Positions 28,430-37,898 of a DNA stretch of 64,000 nucleotides are shown here, piece by piece. The stretch is from IMG/VR virus record IMGVR_UViG_3300044680_000280, positions 342,735 through 406,734 of that record. The stretch is one strand, 5' to 3'. The notes beneath the pieces are model-generated. The model was not told where the DNA came from, did no database searches, and saw only the letters and a program-made list of their open reading frames with translations. Position 1 is the stretch's first letter. Every line of letters starts with the position of its first letter. The position numbers and the translations under genes were made by a program.

Positions 28430-28899
28430 GTGTTCTCCTTCGCCATGCGGGTGCGGTAGCCCGGGATGTAATCGTCGAGAATGATGGTGATGCCATCAAC
28501 GTAGACGTCCCACTCCACTTTCTCGTCGCCCCAGCTCTCGCAGAGAGTGAGCTCATGCGTAACGGGGTAAGAGGTGTAGATCGAGTTCTTCCATGTGACG
28601 GCGAGGTAGTTGTATCTAAGTTGCTGGTTTTCCCCGACTCGAACTTCCGGTCGGTCGATTGCGTACAGGTGAATCCCGACGCTTTCGAGAGTCACGTCAT
28701 TCTGACCTTTTCCGACGTCCTCGGTTGGAGTCAGACGCTTCTGCCTTTTTCCTTCTTCGCTCGAGTGAAACCCATTGTGTCGACCCGCAAACACCCCGCA
28801 CTCTTTGCGGCCCTGATCCGAATCGATCAGGACGGCGAGGGTCGTCTGGTACTGGTGGGGGTCGATGACGAGCCGTCCCTGGGAGAAGTCGATGAGCAT
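28426..28899 (-). CDS. hypothetical protein
   Basis: class I motif; coupled to pyrE. Confidence 0.7.
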   Translation of the reverse strand: MLIDFSQGRLVIDPHQYQTTLAVLIDSDQGRKECGVFAGRHNGFHSSEEGKRQKRLTPTEDVGKGQNDVTLESVGIHLYAIDRPEVRVGENQQLRYNYLAVTWKNSIYTSYPVTHELTLCESWGDEKVEWDVYVDGITIILDDYIPGYRTRMAKENT

Positions 28900-28967
28900 G
28901 GGTGATTCTTACACCAGGTTCCGCGAAGGATGGTTGAACTTTCGGGCGGGTGTGTTGTATCTATTCC

Positions 28968-29162
28968 ATGTCTAAGCGCGGGTTTCGATTCTTCGATGAT
29001 AGGGAATACATGCTCGTTCAGAAGCACACGGGAGAACTCTCTAAGGAAGCGGCCGATGAGCAGGCCGATCGTCTCCGTAAGGAGGGCTTCTTGGTGCGGG
29101 TCGTCAAGAGTGGCCGCTTTTCACACTCTGTCTACTCGCACCTACCGGACGACTCCCCGTAA
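28968..29162 (+). CDS. small hypothetical protein
   Basis: class II promoter. Confidence 0.6.
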   Translation: MSKRGFRFFDDREYMLVQKHTGELSKEAADEQADRLRKEGFLVRVVKSGRFSHSVYSHLPDDSP

Positions 29163-29423
29163 TTTCGCCACGGACGCGAGCAGGTCGGATGCGTCCTTGG
29201 TCTGCCTCGTCGGCGGACGGTCATCCTCATCGTCGTCCTCTGGTGGAGTCGGTTGAGCTTCGGGAGGTTTGGGGGTTACGGGTTGGACGGTGTGCTTGAT
29301 GGGCTTTCCGACGATGAGCTTGGCGATGAAGTCGTCCCAGCTCATGTTGCCCTTCAGTTGACGGGCGGTCTCGTAGACCTCGTCGCTGAGCTGGGCTTTA
29401 ATCCATCGGTAACCAGCGGCCAT
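29142..29423 (-). CDS. ribbon-helix-helix-like DNA-binding protein
   Basis: WIKAQLSDEVYETARQLKGNMSWDDFIAKL. Confidence 0.6.
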   Translation of the reverse strand: MAAGYRWIKAQLSDEVYETARQLKGNMSWDDFIAKLIVGKPIKHTVQPVTPKPPEAQPTPPEDDDEDDRPPTRQTKDASDLLASVAKLRGVVR

Positions 29424-29776
29424 GACTCATTCTGTTACTACACCGATCCTGGAAGACTCGGGCATTTAATCCCGGTGTAACTGGAAGTTCACTCTCCGAT
29501 CCCGTCCTCGTCAAACTGACCAAGTAACGTAATGGGTGCGGCGCCGTCGACATCCACTTCGTCTCGTGTGGTTGTTGATTGTGCTTTGGTTTCGGAGCTG
29601 GCGGCTTCTCTGGAGGTGCCCCATCTGCTCGAAGGTCAGGCGCTGGGGAACCGAACACCCGCTCGACACGTATCCGATGTTATGCGACATGTGGAACCAG
29701 CCGGAGTGCTGTCGTCGAGAGTTTCCTAAATGGGCGTACGCTTGAACTTTCCGATGCTCCGCGCCGTACTCCCGCC

Positions 29777-30199
29777 ATGGGTCTCATCGAACGTTTAATG
29801 CGGGAATTCCAGGATCGAAAAGCTCGTTGGCAACCAATTCGAGCAGCCATCCTCGCCCTTTCTGCCGAAGAACGCCTACAGTTCCTCGCGGAAATGATCA
29901 CTGAAATCGAGGACAAAACCCCTAAAGGCAGACAGCTTAACAGCCACGATCACCTGTTAGCCGGGCCCGGTGAGTACACGTTTGGAGCGTCCAGGTTCCG
30001 CCTCAGTCGCAAAGTTGCAAAGAGGGTGGATCGCATCGCCAATGCGCACGGCTTTTGTCTGATTGAGGTCTCGAACTTTCCTGGTGGCGTGGAGTACCAG
30101 CGGTGGTTTTCTGGTCCGAGTCGTGGCAGCCCCATCGATGAAGAGACTGAGGTTGCCATTCTATCCGACATCGAGAAGGATGGGATCCCCTTGTGGTGA
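29777..30199 (+). CDS. hypothetical protein
   Basis: class II promoter directly upstream of ATG. Confidence 0.7.
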   Translation: MGLIERLMREFQDRKARWQPIRAAILALSAEERLQFLAEMITEIEDKTPKGRQLNSHDHLLAGPGEYTFGASRFRLSRKVAKRVDRIANAHGFCLIEVSNFPGGVEYQRWFSGPSRGSPIDEETEVAILSDIEKDGIPLW

Positions 30200-30258
30200 C
30201 ACTCGACGTTTGAACTTTCGGCTACACCACGCCGTACTTTCATGAGACAGGAACTTCA

Positions 30259-30441
30259 ATGTCACGCCCTACCAAAGCATCGCAATTCGTAGAAAGCCTT
30301 ACAACGACTCAACGTCTCGCACTGATCGAGCTCATTGCTGGTACTGACGAGCTTGTCGGGCAGAAGAAGGCGACGTGCATACGTGACGCCCGGGCGCTCC
30401 TAGTGGGTGCCCTCGATCGCCTCTGCAAAGAATCTTGGTAA
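30259..30441 (+). CDS. small hypothetical protein
   Basis: class II promoter, AGGA RBS. Confidence 0.55.
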   Translation: MSRPTKASQFVESLTTTQRLALIELIAGTDELVGQKKATCIRDARALLVGALDRLCKESW

Positions 30442-30443
30442 CC

Positions 30444-30737
30444 TCAGTCGTCTCCCATCATCTGCTCAAAAATACTCTTCCGGGGCGGCGGTTCAGGAGG
30501 CGCGGGCGGGGGAGACGACGGTGTTCTCGGACGGTTCCCATGCCACGCCTCGATGTTCTCCAGGCTCCGCCTAGTCGTCGACGGACACGGTAGCTTCTCA
30601 GGATCGGTCTCGCCCGTAAAGTTGATTCCCCACGCCTCCCGCAACTCCTGCCATTCTGGGTGGCTATCACAGTACTCACATTTTGCGGGGGCATGAAGTA
30701 CGGATGAGTCGCAGTGGGGGAATTGCTCGATGGGCAT
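30444..30737 (-). CDS. zinc-binding protein with Pro linker and C-terminal RKSIFEQMMGDD tag
   Basis: class I motif; PHCD..LHAP..CEYCD. Confidence 0.75.
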   Translation of the reverse strand: MPIEQFPHCDSSVLHAPAKCEYCDSHPEWQELREAWGINFTGETDPEKLPCPSTTRRSLENIEAWHGNRPRTPSSPPPAPPEPPPRKSIFEQMMGDD

Positions 30738-30787
30738 TCCCTTCCATACACCACGCACCGTGCCGACGGGCGGTGAGTCCGATGTTC

Positions 30788-31138
30788 CTACCCCAGGTCC
30801 CCGTCCCGATAGGGCCCGTGATCGTCGCCCAGGCTCGGGCGCGCAAGCACGGACATCGCTCCATGCTTGGGACCCAAGCATCGGCAGGAATGGCCTTCCT
30901 TAGATGGCGCCTTCTCCAGCTCGGGAAGGAGCTTCTCAATGGCGGCCTGGACCTTCTTGAAGTCGCCTACATAGAGCACGTTCGCGCGCCCTCCCGAGTA
31001 GTGCCAGTCCACGGCCTGACCGCTCTCCTTGGCGACGGCCTTGACCCACTTCTCGACCCGGTGCGAACAGCCGTCGAGAATGATGGCCGAGTGGCCTTTC
31101 TTGAACACCTTGTCGTTGCAGGGCGGCGGCGAGGGCAT
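30788..31138 (-). CDS. hypothetical protein (VDWHYSGGRANVL)
   Basis: class I motif. Confidence 0.7.
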   Translation of the reverse strand: MPSPPPCNDKVFKKGHSAIILDGCSHRVEKWVKAVAKESGQAVDWHYSGGRANVLYVGDFKKVQAAIEKLLPELEKAPSKEGHSCRCLGPKHGAMSVLARPSLGDDHGPYRDGDLG

Positions 31139-31235
31139 ACCATATCTATACACCGGCGACGCGTCTGCCGAGCTTCTTGTTCGCCATGAACGGAACGACA
31201 CCCACAGGACTCGGGAACTTCACGGGTTTCCCGGT

Positions 31236-31574
31236 TCACTTTCGTCGATGTCTGGCATCGATGACCTCTATGACGACGGAGTTTCCCAGGACTTCTTTAC
31301 ACCAGGAGGCGCCGTACCCTGGACGAGCCTCGAGTTGGGCTGACGGGGTGACGCCGAGCCCAGGAAAGGTGCTCGGAGCATCAAAGGTGATAAGAATGCG
31401 ATCCACATCATAACTTGTCACAACCATTACCTTTTTGACTTTAAGCATCGAGGTCTTGTCGTGGGCGCCGGGTTGAGCTCTTCTTGCAGCCTGCGGTAAC
31501 ATCCCAACATTTAAGCTCGGTAGTGTTTCGGGCACATGCTGTTGCAGTATTTTGGTCATCTCTTTTTCGGGCAC
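31236..31574 (-). CDS. hypothetical protein
   Basis: 112-aa ORF; TTGAAC upstream. Confidence 0.5.
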   Translation of the reverse strand: MPEKEMTKILQQHVPETLPSLNVGMLPQAARRAQPGAHDKTSMLKVKKVMVVTSYDVDRILITFDAPSTFPGLGVTPSAQLEARPGYGASWCKEVLGNSVVIEVIDARHRRK

Positions 31575-31662
31575 CTGCGTGGAAGACCTCTCTAGTCGCG
31601 GCCGCCTCCCGGTTCAAGAGAAATCGCGGGTCGCAATCCCCATCCGGTGTATCACTAGGGTT

Positions 31663-32013
31663 ATGAGGCGATTTCTGTCCGTCGTTTTCCTCTCGCTCCC
31701 CATTCTGCTCGGCGTCCGCACGGTTTCCGCGAGCGAGGAGAATTTTCCACAGGGTCCCCGTCAGTTCGGTTGCGCTCTCGCCGTCGACCCATTCGGCGAG
31801 CGGGAGGTGTCGAACGTCTACTTCTACCCCACTGTCGGCGGTATCGTTTACTGGGACGAGCATTTCCGGGCATGGATCGGCCCCTACGGCTGGTGGACGC
31901 CCTCCGGGTCATATCACCCTGGCTTTTTCCTACACGGGTACCGTGACCTCTATCGGGCTTCTTACCGCCCGTACCGCTTGAGCCACAGTCACGGCGGACG
32001 TCCCTGCAAGTGA
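31663..32013 (+). CDS. putative secreted protein
   Basis: class I motif; Sec-type signal MRRFLSVVFLSLPILLGVRTVSA. Confidence 0.65.
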   Translation: MRRFLSVVFLSLPILLGVRTVSASEENFPQGPRQFGCALAVDPFGEREVSNVYFYPTVGGIVYWDEHFRAWIGPYGWWTPSGSYHPGFFLHGYRDLYRASYRPYRLSHSHGGRPCK

Positions 32014-32227
32014 CCACGCCGTATCGAGCCATGCCGGAGGTTCCCGTCGTCGACCCGAAGCCTCTTCGATGTCGTCTCGGTTGGCACGTATGGTGCTACG
32101 TCCTCGGTGATGTCCTTCTCGGCTACACGACGTGCGCCCTCTGTGACCATCGTCGCCCATTTTTCGTCTTCTAACGTTCAAGCTTTATCGTAAGCCGACC
32201 GTTCTCTCCTGGACAAGGAGATGAAGT

Positions 32228-32494
32228 ATGGCAGTACAAAATACGATGCTTCTGAAGGCGCACCACCTCGGCAGTACGATCATGGTCAAAGGGTGCGGCG
32301 AGCCTGGAACCATCTTAGGTACGTCCTTCGAGTACGAGGGGCACTACATTGTGGGTTTCGACAGTAAAGATGGTCACACCGTGAAGTGGATCCGCCCCGA
32401 CGAGATCCTCGAACTCTCGGACATTACCGAAAAACTCAAAGATCCCACTTACCTTCGTTCACTCGCTTCGAAAATTGTTGAGAACGGAATTTGA
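32228..32494 (+). CDS. small SH3-like protein
   Basis: AAGGAG RBS. Confidence 0.65.
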   Translation: MAVQNTMLLKAHHLGSTIMVKGCGEPGTILGTSFEYEGHYIVGFDSKDGHTVKWIRPDEILELSDITEKLKDPTYLRSLASKIVENGI

Positions 32495-32497
32495 GCC

Positions 32498-32707
32498 ATG
32501 CGCCTCCCATTCGACCGCATTGAATCTCTCGCCTCCATGCCGGGTGTCCACAGACTCTCTGTTGAGAACTTTCTCGCCACGTTAGATGGGTTGACTCAAG
32601 CAGAGGCTCTTGCTAATCTCGAGCAAGACGTGCGAGCCAACGGTTGGAACACCCAAACGGGTCGAGCCATTCAACAGGGCATCGCAGAAGCTTCCGAGGA
32701 CACATGA
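32498..32707 (+). CDS. small hypothetical protein
   Basis: operonic, ATGA overlap with the next gene. Confidence 0.6.
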   Translation: MRLPFDRIESLASMPGVHRLSVENFLATLDGLTQAEALANLEQDVRANGWNTQTGRAIQQGIAEASEDT

Positions 32708-33318
32708 TCTCCTTCGTTGATCTCGTGCGGGTTGGACGGTCTGAGGCGAATCTCGATGTCCGGAAAACCATCGGCACTCTGGCGTCCGCCGCCCTGCCTC
32801 AACTCAGTTTTCAACGACTGAGGACATCGCTACTTCGGGCGACGGGGGTTCGTATCGGCGCTCGTTCGACCTTTCTGGGCACCCTTCGGATGACCGGGTC
32901 GGGTGACCCTTCTCTCCTATCTATCGGTGACGATACAACCATTACGGGTCCTCTTCATGTGGACCTGAGCGCTCCCATCTCAATCGGGAACCACGTTCAG
33001 ATAGGGCACGATGTCGCTCTTCTGACGGTGAATCACGAGATCGGGCCACCCAAACACCGGTGTGGGAAAATGACGACCTCGCCCATCTTCATTCAAGACG
33101 GGGTTTGGTTGGCCTCCAGGGTGGTCATTCTGCCAGGTGTCATCGTGGGCATGGGTTCGGTTGTCGCGGCGGGCGCCGTTGTGACCAAGGACGTCCCCGC
33201 AAACACGCTGGTCGGTGGTGCCCCAGCTCGTGTGATACGAAGCCTCACGGAGACTGCAAGAAGCATCGAGTATCACACCTGGATGAAAGATCTGGACGTC
33301 GAGACCCTTCCTGCCTAA
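32704..33318 (+). CDS. hexapeptide-repeat (LbH) O-acetyltransferase, MAT/GAT-like
   Basis: ISIGNHVQIG, PIFIQDGVWL, ILPGVIVG.GSVVAAGAVVTKDVP, GGAPARVIR. Confidence 0.92.
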   Translation: MISFVDLVRVGRSEANLDVRKTIGTLASAALPQLSFQRLRTSLLRATGVRIGARSTFLGTLRMTGSGDPSLLSIGDDTTITGPLHVDLSAPISIGNHVQIGHDVALLTVNHEIGPPKHRCGKMTTSPIFIQDGVWLASRVVILPGVIVGMGSVVAAGAVVTKDVPANTLVGGAPARVIRSLTETARSIEYHTWMKDLDVETLPA

Positions 33319-33522
33319 CGTAATTTACGGTCGGCTGCACCCTCCCCCTCTCGCGGCCGACCATCGAAGCCCCTGAGCCTAAAACTCGGGGGCTTCGACC
33401 TTTACTGGTCAGAATGAGGACGCTGCGAAACCTCGGCGTGGTTCGCACTTCGGCCTGTCCAGCTTGCGGGAACCCCGAGAATAGCTAAACTTCTTGTGGA
33501 TTTGGATCAGGTGGAGATAAGC

Positions 33523-33723
33523 ATGGCAACCCCTGCCCTCATGGATGGAGACCGACAACTTGTCGGCACATATCGCAGGTTTGGAGAATCTGGGCCGGTT
33601 TACGAGATCCTCGCCATAAGGACAGAGGGTAAAGCGAAGCTAGTTGAAGTTGAGCTCCCTGAGAGCGGCGAGAAAGCGATCGTCAAACTCGAAGACGTGC
33701 TCTCGGATCCCAAGGCCGAGTAG
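33523..33723 (+). CDS. DUF5397-like protein
   Basis: LVGTYRRFGESGPVYEIL..ESGE....L.DP; GGAG RBS. Confidence 0.65.
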   Translation: MATPALMDGDRQLVGTYRRFGESGPVYEILAIRTEGKAKLVEVELPESGEKAIVKLEDVLSDPKAE

Positions 33724-33780
33724 TGTACGCGCGCGTGACTCCCGGTTAAGGTAAGCCGTCAGAATGGTGTATGCTCACTC

Positions 33781-34149
33781 GTGGTAGACAACCTTCGAAA
33801 GTATGACCGACCGACTGGGTACGCCGCCAAAGCCCACGACTTCGTCAAAAAGCGTACCATCCACCCGTGGCGTCCACGCCGACCATCGGAGAAACTCCTG
33901 AACCGAGTCGTCTGGGGCACGGAGGACATTCTCTTCACTGCGATGCAGGTGGTGTACGGATTAGACCCGCTCGTTGCCGTGAACCTCACGAAGGATCCCC
34001 TCTTCGGTTTCGACGTTGACCTCCAAACCGAGTTAGAGGAGTGGCAACGTAAGCCAGTGACGTCCAAAGGGTCTGCCGACGTCCTTGAGGAACTGAAGGA
34101 GCACATCGAGCTCGCTCGTAAGTACTGCTACGAGTCCATCGTTATTTGA
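33781..34149 (+). CDS. hypothetical protein
   Basis: class I motif. Confidence 0.7.
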   Translation: MVDNLRKYDRPTGYAAKAHDFVKKRTIHPWRPRRPSEKLLNRVVWGTEDILFTAMQVVYGLDPLVAVNLTKDPLFGFDVDLQTELEEWQRKPVTSKGSADVLEELKEHIELARKYCYESIVI

Positions 34150-34280
34150 CCACACTCTCGTCACAACTTCGACCGTGAGGACACTTCGAACGGTCACGTT
34201 GCCATTTCATCCACCACCGAGAGTGGAGTGACGCACCTTTCGGTGTGGTGCCAGACGGTGCCGCTAACCCTCCCCAAGAA

Positions 34281-34577
34281 CTAGTACGAGGAGAGGCGCT
34301 CGATGGTGACGTCCTCTTCCACCGGAGGCAGAGGAAGCAGTTTCCCCTTGGCCGCGAGAACGTTCTCCCCGAAGGTGGTCGGGACCCAGGCGACCTCGAC
34401 GTCGGATCGTGTGAGATCGAGAGATCGGCTGACGCAGTTTTTGCGGTAAAGAGCTTCGATCGTGCCCGTGTGGTATCGGCTGACCGGAGCGAAAAGCCCG
34501 CGCTTCAAGCGTTGGAGGAGTCGAAACTGGGCGACGGTCAGACTCGTGTAGCGAGGCTCTCCGGATTGAGTGGTCAT
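34281..34577 (-). CDS. winged-helix-like hypothetical protein
   Basis: class I motif; LTVAQFRLL..TIEALYRK..PTTFG. Confidence 0.55.
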   Translation of the reverse strand: MTTQSGEPRYTSLTVAQFRLLQRLKRGLFAPVSRYHTGTIEALYRKNCVSRSLDLTRSDVEVAWVPTTFGENVLAAKGKLLPLPPVEEDVTIERLSSY

Positions 34578-34607
34578 GTTCCTACCAATACACCGAACGG
34601 AAGGGGT

Positions 34608-34770
34608 GAACCGTACGAAAATGACCGAGCTGTTTACAGGCACATGGCCCCAGTTTGGCCTTACTCGGTCCTGACGGTATCGCCCGTCCGCTTTTTCCCG
34701 TGATGTGCTGCGGAGCACGGCGGGGCGCTACGGACCCGAATCAGGAGCGTGGGCCATTTTCGTACGGTTC
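34608..34770. repeat. 163-bp element bounded by a 16-bp perfect inverted repeat, internally structured
   Basis: GAACCGTACGAAAATG (34608-34623) / CATTTTCGTACGGTTC (34755-34770). Confidence 0.85.
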
Positions 34771-34826
34771 GGGAAGACGACGTTTTACCGCTCGCTTTCT
34801 GACTCATCCGGTGTAAGGATAGTTTC

Positions 34827-35246
34827 ATGGAGATCTACGACAACCCGGACTTCCAGGGTTTGGGGTACAGCGGCGCGGAACTCTTTCATTTTCAGTTGGA
34901 GCCGTCCACGACTGTTGAAGTCAGTATGGTTCGGACAAATGATCCCCGACACATACTGGGGGAAAACTACCGTCAGTACGTCATCTACGTTGAAATGATC
35001 GGCGGCACTCGCTTCCTAGAATTTCACGCCTGCGAGGGCGGGGCCGTCTACCGTTACCTCAGCGGCAAAACCGACAAGGATTTCGTAGATTGTGAACCCC
35101 GTTACACTTTGCTGGACATGATCCTCGGACAGTCAAAGAATCTCATGGAATTGATCCAAAAGGCCGTGTCATATGCCTACACTAGGGGTTTCCAAGACGG
35201 GAAAGAAGACATTCAAGGCGATCTGAGAAACCTACTCGGTCTCTAG
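34827..35246 (+). CDS. hypothetical protein
   Basis: class I motif. Confidence 0.7.
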   Translation: MEIYDNPDFQGLGYSGAELFHFQLEPSTTVEVSMVRTNDPRHILGENYRQYVIYVEMIGGTRFLEFHACEGGAVYRYLSGKTDKDFVDCEPRYTLLDMILGQSKNLMELIQKAVSYAYTRGFQDGKEDIQGDLRNLLGL

Positions 35247-35266
35247 GGCGGTGTAATGGGCGGGGC

Positions 35267-36118
35267 ATGACAGCCGTCCATACTGCCTTGGCAAAGAGGT
35301 TCCCGAACCCCGAGTGGGCGACGTTCTTCGAGGTTCGCAATGACGCCGGCTTTCGGGCGTCGCGTTCCGCCGACTTAGTTGCGATGAACACGTGGCCGTC
35401 CCGGGGACTCGCCGTTCATGGGGTTGAAGTGAAGGTCTCTCGGTCGGACTGGCTTCGAGAACTCGCTGATCCCGAAAAGAGCACGGCCGTGCAACGCTTC
35501 TGCGACCGATGGTGGCTTGCTACATTGGACGACAAGATTGCGAAGCTGGAGGAAATACCCGAACTATGGGGACTGCTCGTCCTTCGGGGTAAGAGTCTCG
35601 TCGCGGTGAAGGAAGCTCCCGAGCTCAAGCCTGAACCGTTTACCCGCGGATTCGTGGCGGTTCTGCTACGCTCGGCGAACAAGGGGATGGTGCCGGCCTC
35701 GACGATCGACGAAGCGGTCAACAAACTGGTCGACGAACGCACCAAGTATCTCGACAAAAACCATGAATCGGAAAGGGCACGCATGCGGGACGAACTCAAC
35801 ACGCTCCGTAAGCGTGTGCAAGACTTCGAACGCGCCAGCGGCATCAACCTCGACAACCGCTACGGCCGCTTCAACGGCCTTGCGGACCCGACGGTGTTGG
35901 GCGCTACGGTTGAAGCCATCCTGTCCAGGTCTAGGGGGTTAAATACGGAAACCCTCCGACCGCTCAGAAATCAGCTCGAAGGTGTGCTATCGAGCCTCGA
36001 CACCGTTCTAGAGACCGTGCGGTCTCTAGAGTGCACTGTGGAACTCAGCACTCCTCCAGCAAGTGCTCCCACGCCGACTTCCTCGGAAGCTTCACAGGGA
36101 GACCGTGCGGACATTTGA
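35267..36118 (+). CDS. PD-(D/E)xK nuclease, MmcB-like, with C-terminal coiled coil
   Basis: FEV...RSAD.VAM..WPSRG..VHGVEVKVSRSDWLREL.DP.K. Confidence 0.8.
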   Translation: MTAVHTALAKRFPNPEWATFFEVRNDAGFRASRSADLVAMNTWPSRGLAVHGVEVKVSRSDWLRELADPEKSTAVQRFCDRWWLATLDDKIAKLEEIPELWGLLVLRGKSLVAVKEAPELKPEPFTRGFVAVLLRSANKGMVPASTIDEAVNKLVDERTKYLDKNHESERARMRDELNTLRKRVQDFERASGINLDNRYGRFNGLADPTVLGATVEAILSRSRGLNTETLRPLRNQLEGVLSSLDTVLETVRSLECTVELSTPPASAPTPTSSEASQGDRADI

Positions 36119-36512
36119 TGCCCCCTTGTCCCATGTGGTATTGGTTGCAAGAGGAGCACCAAAACTCTACGCCCTGAGGAACGGAGCTACCCGGGGTGAT
36201 GATCGCCACGGACTCTTCTAGGGTCATGCCGTCGGTGATCTCTAGTCTTCCGTCATAAGAATTGGGAACCGTTTCCCAGCCGGGTCGATCCAACGTTTTT
36301 GGGTAAAATGTCACACGGTATTCAAGAAAAACGCTATCATTCTCGATCTCGATGTGCAGGGGTAAGATTACTCCCATGTCCCGATGCATAGGTAGAGTTT
36401 GCCCCATCAGAACGAGCCTTCTCCAGCAGCTCGCGGTCATCAGATCTCTTCCGTCGACCGTCGTCAGATGTGGGGCGCCGCCGAGCCATTTTTCTAGGGT
36501 TTCTGAAGGCAC
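36045..36512 (-). CDS. hypothetical protein with C-terminal RKSAWEHLLEEC tag
   Basis: start uncertain (GTG 36512 avoids overlap with the divergent gene); zinc motif, then tag. Confidence 0.55.
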   Translation of the reverse strand: MPSETLEKWLGGAPHLTTVDGRDLMTASCWRRLVLMGQTLPMHRDMGVILPLHIEIENDSVFLEYRVTFYPKTLDRPGWETVPNSYDGRLEITDGMTLEESVAIITPGSSVPQGVEFWCSSCNQYHMGQGGIKCPHGLPVKLPRKSAWEHLLEEC

Positions 36513-36533
36513 GGTTCGGTGTACTCTCCTAGC

Positions 36534-37232
36534 ATGGCCGTGTCGGTTGAGTTCGCGCAGAAGGTTTTGACCTCTGTAGAATATACCATATTTTACCTTG
36601 GGGTTGATGAGATAGAGGCCGAACGACGACGAACTGAGATTCGGCAGTGGCTTGATGAGCTTCAAGAGCCAGTAGGTTTTGGGAATTGGACTCGAATGTT
36701 CAGGGCTGATATTTCTGAGGAAGCCCAAAAAAAGGCGAGGCGCATCCTACTGGAGCACTTGAGTCCCGAACAGCTCGAGGAGTACACGAAAGACAACTTA
36801 TTCCATGTGACGGCGCAAAATGGTCGTCGTTTTCGCATTAAAGAGAAGGGGGTTACGGAGCTCAATGAGGCGGGAGAGGAGGCCTTTTTCATTTGCTCTC
36901 ATCCAAAGGGGAAGCTTCCCTCGGCTGACGTCATGTTGGCCCAAAAGCTTGCACTCGAGATCAATTCTGAGGTCATGCTGTCTATCGCCAATCGGCGTTC
37001 TATGAAAGAGGAACAGGCTTCAAATGAGCTCACGAACGAACTTGCTCGGGTCATCGCGCCCCTTCTGAACGAGGAAGAGGATCGTATTCGAATGGAAGAC
37101 TTCCGTCGAAGAGTTGCTGAAGCGCTCGAGGACGGGGCGCGTCGTTACGGTGGAGGACAGGCTCTCGTTGCGATCGAGGAGGCAAACGGAGAAATTAAGG
37201 TGGTCCAAGATCCAGTCGTCGGTGTAGGGTAG
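36534..37232 (+). CDS. hypothetical protein with ICSHP..LP..DVMLAQKLAL motif
   Basis: class I motif; partner of the downstream GG-ending protein. Confidence 0.7.
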   Translation: MAVSVEFAQKVLTSVEYTIFYLGVDEIEAERRRTEIRQWLDELQEPVGFGNWTRMFRADISEEAQKKARRILLEHLSPEQLEEYTKDNLFHVTAQNGRRFRIKEKGVTELNEAGEEAFFICSHPKGKLPSADVMLAQKLALEINSEVMLSIANRRSMKEEQASNELTNELARVIAPLLNEEEDRIRMEDFRRRVAEALEDGARRYGGGQALVAIEEANGEIKVVQDPVVGVG

Positions 37233-37237
37233 TGGCT

Positions 37238-37540
37238 ATGACGACGGACATTGACACCCACGGGCTCGAGACCGTGGATTCGGATTTTGAGAACATCTCC
37301 GAGGAACTCGGCGCGGCCTCCATTATGGGCTCGAACGGGGATACCAAGATCATCTGGGACCCGAAGAAGGAATCGGACGTTAAGTCCGCCGAAGCGATTT
37401 TCAAAGACATGCGAGCGAAGAACTATCTGGCGTTCCGCGTCAAGGGGCGAAAGTCTGAACAGGGGGAGCAACTCAATGAGTTCGACCCCAAAGCTGGACG
37501 GATGCTTCTCATTTTCGTTCCTCCGTTTCAGGGGGGCTGA
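37238..37540 (+). CDS. small protein ending in LIFVPPFQGG (ubiquitin/MoaD-like tail)
   Basis: class I motif 11 nt upstream; C-terminal di-glycine. Confidence 0.7.
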   Translation: MTTDIDTHGLETVDSDFENISEELGAASIMGSNGDTKIIWDPKKESDVKSAEAIFKDMRAKNYLAFRVKGRKSEQGEQLNEFDPKAGRMLLIFVPPFQGG

Positions 37541-37543
37541 CCG

Positions 37544-37855
37544 ATGTTAACCGACACACGCACCTTCCAAACGACAGATGGTGATGGAAATTTCTCTGAG
37601 TGGGTGACGATTGGTAAGTGTAGTAGTGGTAGGGTGGTCGTCGGAATCGGCGTGACAGACGAAGAGTCGAAGCGTAACGCCGCCAAAAGTGTCGAAAAGT
37701 ACGAGAAGTTCATCGCTCAGAATCCAAGGGATCGTCTTAGAGAGTTGCTGGCTGGCGCCCCACGGCCGGAATACCTCCTCGCTGCCGACGTGACAGAGGC
37801 GATTAGGTCCATCGCGGAAATTCTACTCGAGGAGCCCTACGCGGTTTGCGGGTAA
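37544..37855 (+). CDS. hypothetical protein
   Basis: operonic. Confidence 0.6.
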   Translation: MLTDTRTFQTTDGDGNFSEWVTIGKCSSGRVVVGIGVTDEESKRNAAKSVEKYEKFIAQNPRDRLRELLAGAPRPEYLLAADVTEAIRSIAEILLEEPYAVCG

Positions 37856-37898
37856 AAATTCTTGACCCGGCCACCTCTTCCGGTGTATTAGTCAGAGC

